This document shows positions 53,836 to 64,000 of a stretch of DNA of 64,000 nucleotides, one piece after another. Each line of letters starts with the position of its first letter. Within the stretch, counting starts at the first letter, position 1. The stretch comes from Balanoglossus misakiensis. Its lineage: Eukaryota > Animalia > Hemichordata. The notes beneath the pieces were generated by a model. The model was not told the DNA's origin. It worked only from the letters and a program-made list of their open reading frames with translations, and made no database searches. The DNA lies in the NCBI GenBank assembly GCA_040954595.2, contig CM082593.2, positions 4,977,434 to 5,041,433 of the forward strand, given 5' to 3'. Position numbers and translations under genes: made by a program.

Positions 53836-56800
53836 AGATTGTGAACTTGTTTTACGCTTGCCTAGTCGCAGCCTGTCAAAAATCAATTAATGTTCCCAGT
53901 ATTATGGAAAATAAAGTCCATACTAGTTCGAGTTAATACTAATTGCATTAAAAAGGATTGTAGGTATTCAGTAGAATTCAACTAAATAGCACAGTTCTGT
54001 TGCTGTTTGGCTAAAACCCTCGCCTTACCCAGTAATCTTCCGTTGGCTCAAAGCAAATGCAACTTGAGTCGGCTTGAGAATTCATCGGTGTATCGTTTTG
54101 ATAAGGATATGCATGGCCGACAGAACTTAATAGTCTTTGCCTCCGCATGATTGCAACTGCATTATAGGGAGGATTAGGGCAGGCAGCGCCGTGCATGCAA
54201 TCAGCGCCCGGCCTCGGTAATAACAGAGGAAAAACACTTCTGGACACTTGGAATTGAGTGTGCTCTGTAAATCTCAGCGGAGAAGAGTCCACATTCATCT
54301 TGGAGTGGTAATAAATAGCGGAGAACGGCGTGCTGCCTCCTCGCTCTCTGTGGAATAAGGGGCGATACACGGCTATCCGTATTCATGCCGGGGTTTTATT
54401 GAACCGGGCAGGCTACATATCACATGCGTCACTTTCCGATGGAAATTTATTATCTCGACTCTCGGCCGTGCTGTGATATAATCGGCACTCCCGATCGCTC
54501 GTCCCCCTACCCCATCAACCCACTTAAATTGTCGTTAATCTGACATCCCCGAGTCGCAGTCCTCATTTTTTGATGAAGCGGTCAGTGTGTTCTCCGTCGT
54601 TACTCATCAGTGGCGGTATCCGTCATCATCATCATCGCCCCGCTAATTATGCGCGCCGTTCGGGCTTGTTTCCTTTTGGGCTTGATTTGATCTGTGAAAC
54701 GCTGCAATCTGTTCAGTCGTCGCCGACAGAGAGACCCAAACTGCGGCGTGGCTCTGCGCGCTTCTTGTATCGATCAACTGAAATGCTTTGATTTGTCCCG
54801 ACGAAAAATACCCTAGGCTAAGCAAAATCAGAAACAAAGCATGTTTTCAGTCACCTCAAACGATAAGTTTAGTGAGAAATGACAGCAAGTTAATCCATAA
54901 AATGACATTTTCTATGCAATATATTTTCTCCGTTTTGCCTTTATATTTAAGGCAAAAAGGAGACAAATCAGAAACATCTAAAGAAACATCGTCGCAAACA
55001 ACAATCGAGAGATAGAGAGAGAGGGGGGGGGGGGAGAGACACAGAAAGAAAACTGTACACCAAATTACTGTGCATTTCAATAGACTGACACTTTCGAATC
55101 CTGATCCTCGATCCGTTTTGCTTCGGTGCGGCAATAGCGTGAAAATCAGAAATTCCAATTGTGCGTAAATTTTGTCAATAATGATCCCTTGTTACGATTT
55201 CGCACTTAACTCTCGAACAGAAAGCGGCCCGGTGAGCAAATATTGGCACAGGACGAGTAACGACACTTTTTCATCCCAAACTGTCATGCAGACAAAACGA
55301 ACGTGACGTAATACACACTTCAGGCGTCTCACATGGATGGACGCAATAACACACGGCCCCAACGGAAACCAATTGCTAGCGTCTCAGTCTAGTAGCTGAT
55401 GCCGCACCTCCGAGTATTGCCGAATATTCCCGAAAGACGGCGTATCATGGCGCTAACGCGAAGGGGCATGTGTCTGCTGGCAATCTTTGTATGAACCGAA
55501 TATTGACAGTCTTGCTGATGCGATACGCAATACTCGATAAACAATCTACAAAAATTGTAACTGTAAAAAAAATGACCAAAACTTTGTACGATAGAGAATT
55601 GCAATGGGGACATACATGCACGTAGCGTGAGATTCAATTTGAATTGCTAAATAACAATTTAAATCCTCGGCGTTCTTTCGTCTGGACATCGGTAACCAAC
55701 GTGTCCCAGACAAGAGTTTACACGATAAACCCTACTGTAACAACAGATAGATTGCATACAGACATAAAACATTTGCCCTAATCTCAATCCTGCAAATGCA
55801 ACAATTATTATAAGCGACGTTTCAATTTTATATCAAAGGCTTATTCTAGGTATACAATTATTCCTGTCTGAAAGAAAAGAAAACATCCCTGTCCGCCGTT
55901 GCCTGGTAACGTTTTGTAATTCGCGCATTTTATTTCCTTAGTGATGGTTGGTACCGCAAACCAAAACCAATATTATTTTCGTTTCATCTTCCACCACACC
56001 AAAAAGCAAACTTTGATACCCGAATAATAAAGACGCTTATTCCGTAAAAAAATGTTTACAATTCAGCCGGTTTTCGTACAGTGGCTATTAAATTGCCCAT
56101 CCTGATGTTGTAATAACGAAGCGAAATCCCCTCTCCTATGTAATGAGTCGATTTCTGTCAGAACCCGAGAACCAAATGGCCTGAAAACGCCGTAAAAGTT
56201 TTATGTTCGACTGCCACTTTCCCGCCAAGGCAGCCATGAGCAAGTTCCCTGTCGTTTCTCATTCTGAACCACTACTTTAATCCGGCGAAATAACTTTGAG
56301 AGGCGATGTAACGAAATTGCAATAATTGTGTCTCTAAATCCGGGGATTTCAAAACACATTTAATGCATATTTATTTCCACTTCAAAGTCCTAATTTGGAA
56401 GGTGGGCGATCCCGTCCACAAATTGTGAAAATACCGCCATTTTCTAATCTCATCTTTTACTAGTTTTATCCGTCTTATAATAAAACACAAGCAGGGGGAT
56501 CTCTATTAGTATTGCCCTCACACGGGTCTAGGGCATGTGGCGGGTGATGAGAAAACAGCTAGCCATGCGGAAAAATAAATTTGCAGACGTGCCAGGATGA
56601 GCCGATGGCAGTTAAGAAAGCATTCGTATCGACTAGAGACTCCATGTTTGGCTACGCGATACACCGAGAGCACGCCAAGTCTCGTTCGTGTGATTGCTGT
56701 CCAAACGATCGAAATTACCGCGATCCATTTTACACCCCTGACAATACGCAGTCGTGTCACGACCACAATGGTGCATATAACCAGATTACGGCGAAATAAC

Positions 56801-59800
56801 AATAATCCAATATCACGGCATTATATCGATATCTGCCGACGTTTACCGAGCCCAGGTCTTTTCCCGCCCAAATTTCCCAGCCACAATATTTAAAGTTTCG
56901 CCAAAATAAAGTTAATGATGGGATTCATTTTGACCAGGAGTTATCCCATTTAGGACATGTAATGTTTTTATTTCAAAAGATCTGCGCGAAAATATATAAT
57001 TATTCTCAGATTTTGGTCAAAAGTCATTTCCGATTTTAGGCCACTCTGATCCCCCTCTTCAATGGCATCGCTCCTCCGTAGGATTAAAAACAAATTTCTG
57101 TCAGCGAGACGAACAATGGCATTGAAAATTTGAACATGACAGATATCGCTTTAATTGGGAGACTGCTTGATTTTTGTGGATGTGCTAAGATAATATGACT
57201 ATGAATCAGGCAACATTCTGCCAACGTGTAGTTTGGTTGCGTAGCGATGGTTGATGGGAGGGCAAAAAAATGACATTGTAATCCCAAGTGACAGAGTGCA
57301 CGATCAGTCGCCTTTGTACTGTGGAAGTGAGCAGCCTCATACCGTCTGTCGTATTCCTACTCTCGCATTCACAGTTGCAATAAACACGCAACCTGCTAAC
57401 GTTGAAGCACAAAGACACCAAAACCAGAAAACAAGGTCCGAAAACACCCATGCGGTGAGGTGAATTTGTCGCAGACGATACACTTTCCCGCCCGGGGCCA
57501 TGCGATTTAGTGTTGGTTTTTATTCTAAAACGTTGCCTGTCCTTTCAGCGTTGTCTGTCACACAGAGCGGCCATTAACATCAATTTCGCGCCCAAATAAA
57601 CTAATTCAAGTAATTGAAAGCGCCCAATGTATAATTTTCGGTAGAAAATGATGATTTTTCACCCTCGGGGCACGCCAGTTTCGCTCAATTCTAGGCTCTT
57701 TTTATGAAGTCGTTATCGAGGCAACAGAACATTGAATAAACCTCGGTCGAGGCCGAAATGTGGTTTATATTTATTCAAATCAAAATTAATCTGATACATC
57801 ACAGAACGTGTGTTGGTCTTAGAGTTATGTACCAACACTCAATATATGGTAGCTTAAGATTCGAAATAACTAAAAATAAAGAAATGTACATTTTACAAAG
57901 ACAACGTCATCGTGCGTTTGTTGTCCTTTAATAAAAGAAATGCACATACATGTACTGTATTCTGAAACAGTCACAGGAATACACATTGAAATAATTTTGT
58001 ATATTTTTAAAATTATGATTTATGGTTATTTTCATGTCGACGCAAAGAATGTGGGAAAATATGTCATTTCTTAGGAATTTTCCTTTCCAAATGTAAACAT
58101 ACAGGAAGATAGTTTGACACTAAATATGTCGTTCTCCTGGAAATTATAATTTCCGGTGTGATAAAAATTGTCGTCTGACAAGTGCGGTTGCTGTTCCTTC
58201 AGGATATTGAACGGTTTTATGTGTGAAATTTCTGGCGAAAACAATTACTTTATTTAGGTCAGCTGACGTGAGGGTGGAGGGAATACCGAAGGCGCTTTTT
58301 TCTCTTGACATGGGATGGTAATAAAATTGAATTGATGGGCATGGTGGATCGGCAACGGCATACCAAAATGCCTGTACATTATTCAAAGTTTAATTTAATT
58401 ATTCAAGGTGTTATGTGATCATTGGAGTTTATTCGGCACTTCTCGAGTTGATCCGCAAAGCCATTATGCCGACGTGTGCGCCTATCCAATTCTGCCCCGT
58501 ACTCATCAGTTGTCCCGGTCGCTCTCGCCGATGTGGCGTTCGCTCAATCCCACGGCAGTACTTCTTCATTAAAATTTTATACCGAATATTATGTTGTCAT
58601 TAGCCACCTGTGCAGGAGCTGGTCTTAAATCCCCGCTTAAGCATCTCTCGACTTTATCTCTCCGAGCGATTCTTGTTTTTCACACTGCGACCTGCAGACA
58701 ACTTAGCTGGACAAATATTCGCGGGCCTATTTGTGATGTACAGCAGACCCACTCCTATTCGACCTCTCTGCATACATAATCAGTCCGCGATTATTATGCA
58801 AATGAGCTCATGGCAGCCATTGCCAGATGTGTACTGTACCCGACCTGGCGCGTTGAAAATAGTTTTGGTAGTTCTAGATTGGTAACGAAATTATTTATCT
58901 TCAGCATCAGATCATATTTGGAATTCGCTGTTCGGGATTTGCGTTTTGATGGAAGAAAGTTAAATTCTCTCACATTGTTTATCTGTTTTTATACAGTTTC
59001 CGACTCAAATTTGAGATTACCTTTGTTTTTCGCTTTGAAAGGTATGACCAAATTACTCAAATTTATTGTAACCACAGGTAAAATATTCATTCATTAGTTT
59101 CAGACTGAAATTGGTCGCTGGATGCAATTCTAATGGAATGGAGTTTTCATCCAGAGTTGAAAATGAAATGCTAGTTTAGCACCTGTCTGTCGGGCTGGAC
59201 TTCGCGTAGATAACAAGTTCAAAATACCCCTACGTCGCCATCTTGAAATGAACACTGGCACCTGGGAAGTCATTCTGTCTGGCCGGGTCGTCGACACGGA
59301 CCAAGGGAGGCTGAGCACAGCGCAAGAGTGAGTACATGTCTTTTCAATTTTTTCAGTGTATTTCTAGAACAGAAATTTGACGGCGTTTGGCGTTTCGCGT
59401 TAAAGACACCGTTAAATGTGTGCAACGGATCACACCCATTTTGTTTGCTGTCTGACACCTCTTTAAGACGGATTTCATAAAACGGAATACCGCGTGAGAA
59501 TCGTGGCAGTCTTTTCGACGGGGTCGGAAGAAGCGCGGGGTCGACCGGAAAATCACTAAAACGCAGGCTGAGAAACTTCGCCAGCCGGTCGCTCGGTGAG
59601 AGATGTTAATTTTAACCGCAGCCGACACCGTATTTCGAAGCTTGCATTTATTGACCAGCGTATCAACACAAACTCGCATATCGCTACTCCTGAAGCTATG
59701 GGCGATACATTGCCAAGCATTTCAGTTTTACTTCAAAGGAGAATATTAAACCTCACTAATTTGGATTGGATAATTCTTTCCAAATCGTGAAGGTTCTTTT

Positions 59801-62800
59801 TTGACGATTTAATGTCGAGCGTGTTTTGCAATTCCGAGTGTCTACTCGAGGGCGCGGAATTACCGGAAACAAGTCAAGCAACACAAAGCCCAGGTGTGAA
59901 CTTGACATTAACGCAAACCATTTTCTTTAATTTATAAAGCTATACACGGTATTCGATACCGTTGATGAAGTTAACGACTCGATACGATTTCGAGCTGGGG
60001 AATGTATTTTGGTAGGAGGTGGAGTAGGCACGCGTTGAACACGCTAAGCGTCTTGCATTCTCGTTGCATAAAACGGTGGCATGACTTTGATAGTGTGGTC
60101 TTGAACCAGTGTCTGAATATATTAGAAATGTTGTTCGCTATGCCTAAAACACATAATTTTCTAATTGTTCCAGTGTTGGAGGAAACTAAACATGCATTTC
60201 AAAATTATGAACGTCGACACAAGCCTCAATGAAATCATTGTTTTCTGCAGCGTGCCGTGGGCCATGCGTTGGTATCCGTAGTTTCAAAGCCCGCAATGTA
60301 AATACTGACACGCGAAGGCTGGTAGATTTTATGGCGAAATGTGCTCGAAGCATGCCTGGGGGATAAATCAAAATCGTGACGAGTTTTTCCATTACACGGA
60401 AAATATTTTGAAATTGTTACATGCACTGAGCAAAACCTGAAAAACTAGACAAACTTCAGGTAGAGGGTGTTCAGAGCAACAGGTTTGTATTGGAAAGTGT
60501 CACCACCGCCATGACAAAGTTGCTGAGAATGCACGGTGTTCTTTCGAGCGAAACATCATCATGTTATTTCGTTAAGAGACGTTCTTCAGAAAACAGTGCG
60601 AAATAATTGACAAAAGTCTCGTCGGGAAATTCACACGGTTTTAATGAAAATCTGTTGAAGCGAATGGTAATGTTTGAATCGTTGGCAGGTCCCACCCACC
60701 CATTCACAGATTGCCGAAAATTGCGCGCGTGAAATTTGCCACCGTGTCCTCAACAAGGCGTTACTCTTTATCAAATCCTAAATTCCGATCAAATATGGAA
60801 CTAAAATTTCAGAGATTTAGTTCAGTCCAATGGAGAGGAGGTCGTTTCCCCCAAGTTCAGTGTCGCTGTCTTGTTTTAATGCAAATTAAACTCGTTTGAA
60901 TAAAGAACAGACAAGCGGTACTGGATATACAAGTTTTAACTTGACCTCGACTCATACCATGGGGAAAAGCAGCGAATGCCCACATAAAATCCATTCTGTT
61001 TGACAAAATTAGAGCAATTACGTGTCTAGTTTTTAGTTTACAGTTCGAAGGAGTAAACACATTTATGCAAAACTGGAGCAATTATGTTGTTACAGCGTCT
61101 CACACCTCTCGGCTATCACAAAACAAAATTCAACGCTATCTGCAGAGGGCAATTGACACTGAATAAATTAACGGGTTTGCGTCTGGTTTTAACGGTTTGC
61201 TGTAACTAATACAAACACAAACACCTCCAAATTCATCAAGAAAAAAGAACTAGTCATTGCAAAAGTCACCGCAAAAAAATGGTAGAAAAATAGAGCACTA
61301 ACGCACGACAGATTTTTTACGCTAAAATTCAAAATGGCGGACTCATAAAACACAGGTGTTCTGACTCTGCTGTAACCAAGCAGCGTATGGTTTAAGCCGG
61401 TCACCAGACAGTACGGTTTCTAAAACGTCTGACACCTTTTTCTCATCTTTTGTTAATTACAATCGTGAAGTCAAACATGTGCCAAGTTTGTATTCTATTC
61501 CGTCCGTCTGTCCGTTTTGAATTGACCTCTGAGGAAAGTCGATTTTTTTCTCTCGACAGAATGGGTTGACCCCTCTTTGTTGGATTGAAAAAAAAACCAA
61601 GTGTTCAACAGGTGTTTTCTCGGGGCGACCAAGGACAGTAAGATATCAGCAGACGATTTGCTTGCTTTGTAGGTAAGAAACTTGTCGTTTGTTCTGCAAA
61701 ACGCACACATGTTAGCCTTCAAATATGCCGAAAATTTGAGAATTTTTGTTTGCGCGACAGAACACCATATGGTCGCGTGTGATAACGTTGTCTTCGTTGG
61801 GCCGCATCGATTTATGACTGCGGGCTGGTGATAGTGTAAGTTTGGCGTAGTTTTTATTCGTGTTGTCACGGGTGGAAGTGTAAAGTATTGTAGTGTTCTT
61901 ACCACGAAAGCGAAAATATTACATTTAAACATTGAACGAATTCAAAACTTTCCTCAAGTCGTTGGCGACTACTGCCCTGGTTTCAAACTCCGGCGCCCGA
62001 ACTCTGCTACCAGCATTTGCTTGTCAAGTTATTGTAAAAAAAAACTGTTGTTAGATTAGTAAGTGCAGGCCAATGCAGCAGGCCAATTTATCCATTTAGT
62101 GCATTTCAGCAAATTTTGTCTGCGCAGAAAATGACGGCAAATATTCCCTAAGGAACTCATTTTCACACAGTGGCTGTATGTGTTACACACAGGTGAACAT
62201 TTTCTGTCAAAAATATTACAGATGCCATATAGTGGATCTCAAGGGCCATTCCACGACAGAGCCAACCCTTCTGCCGAATAAGCAGGAAATAATTTCTTCA
62301 GGTTGTGTTACTTGTTCCTCTTATGAAACAAATTTACCTAATTTTACTAGACAGACATTTTAGTAAATGTTCGTTTTATTTTAATTCCCCTGTCAAATAG
62401 GATAACTTCCATGAAATCAGCCTACCTTAGAGACAACCAAACCAGGCTAGAATGATACAAATTTTCACAGTATTCGTGATGTCTTTTAGTATGATTTCTC
62501 TTCAAGTAGTGTCTTTTGATTACCCATGATGCAAAAAATGGTTATAATATCAGATTGTAACTTAAAGCTTACAGCTCAGTAATAGTAGGCCTATATTAAG
62601 CTTGAACCTGAGTATATGAAGCCCATAGCATCCTTGAAAATAAATATCGTCCTTCCCAGGCTATAAAAAGATAAAAAATAAACCTGAAACTTGATGCTTA
62701 TCGGCTCACAACACTTAGAAAATACTGTAAATGTCATGTTTCAAATGTTGACATTAGGCACTGTCATATACACGTTGTAAATTGTAGTGCATAAGTAAGA

Positions 62801-64000
62801 ATCTTTGCGGCAGTATCGACCTGAGCTCTTTACACAAGCCAGAATTGTTCGCCAAGGCAAGCTGAATTTAATAGTTTGTTTTTGGGGGTATCGATAAGCC
62901 ATCAACGGAAGTACTTCTCGCCTTGTGAGTGACCGAATAGGGCATTACCCAAACCCTTCGACATGATGTGAACTTCATTGAAGGCGCCATCTTGTCTTGT
63001 TGACCTATACGCGGTGCCAATCATGACGCAGAGTTGACCCTTGACACGTGATGGGCACTGTTGGAATGCAGTGCGGGGGCCTCTGAAACTATACACGTTG
63101 ACATCCCCTCTCATTCGCAGCTGTTGCGAGTCCACTATTAAAATCGCGTTAATCTCGAGAAGTTCAAAGTGGAAACCATTGCAACGACAAATACGAGAAT
63201 TAGATGAAACCAGGGCAACCGCTATATGTATGGATAGATTTGACATTGATTTGGTCGAAGAACCGTGTGCAAACCATGGGCTGAGCAAAAAGCAGTCACA
63301 ACCAAACATGTCGTTTTTAACACAGAGTAGCACAAAAACTGATTTTCTTAGACACTCCGATCCTCATATCGCAACTGCCTCAGAATCAGATCATCTATCA
63401 TATACATGTAGGTCACTGTGATTCATTTGTTCAAAATGTCTGAATTTTGTTGGAAGTTCACCTGGCCAAAATAATATGCATTAGGTTATCCTTGCCGATG
63501 AAAAAATGAAACAGCAATGTCTCTTGATGAAAACACACCAGGATTAAAAATAAATAGTGAATTTCAGAGTTAAAGTTCAAAATTAAACTAAGCTAAGAAT
63601 AATTAACTTAAAATGTTGTTTCGAGGTCACAGTTGAATGATTCCATGCATCAATTTTAGAGCTGTAACTAGCTGGGGCAGTTCGGCGCGTTTCATAATCT
63701 GGACTCCAAGAGCGGTATGCCTCTAAGGGCAAATGGCTCTGATTAGGTTAATTTAGTTTGGTTAAGTTACGGTAATCATGCACTGATCTCAGATTTTGTA
63801 CACAATTTCTGATGCTAATCATATCATTGTTAGCCACCACCACCCCGAAATCATTGAAACGAATCGCACAAAATGTACTAATTTCGAAACATCTGCCGAC
63901 TTTCGAACGCTTCGAATTTCACACTTCTCCCAGAGATGTGGGTATGTAGGTCAATGCTAGTGTGTTTTATAGCGACATTTGACTTCAAAGATAATGTAGC

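Noticed and set aside
62902-63421. Overlapping 143-aa and 126-aa ORFs on opposite strands
   Set aside because: No recognisable domain or convincing splice structure. A BLASTx search would be needed.

Overview
Eukaryotic (animal) genomic DNA, AT-rich, with microsatellites and spliceosomal introns. Nearly all ORFs in the supplied track are spurious. I can support only two protein-coding genes, both PRD-class K50 homeobox genes of the Pitx family, arranged head-to-head. (1) A canonical Pitx gene on the + strand. Its proximal isoform is join(44266..44464,46156..46367,51796..52275), 296 aa, with homeodomain and OAR motif. A probable distal isoform uses phase-1 exons at about 25.2-25.4 kb and 27975..28259, an arrangement like vertebrate Pitx2a/b versus Pitx2c. 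(2) A strongly diverged Pitx paralog on the - strand, complement(join(13201..13677,14694..14894)), about 225 aa. It has an intact recognition helix, 40/60 homeodomain identity to the canonical copy, the same intron position and a decayed OAR motif. Between the genes lies a probable non-autonomous (Crypton-like) element ending in a 184-bp hairpin. The rest is a gene-poor regulatory landscape with clustered K50 (TAATCC) sites, repeated TGACGTCA palindromes and a CTCF-like motif. The protein style suggests a non-vertebrate deuterostome, possibly a hemichordate or echinoderm; this is an inference.
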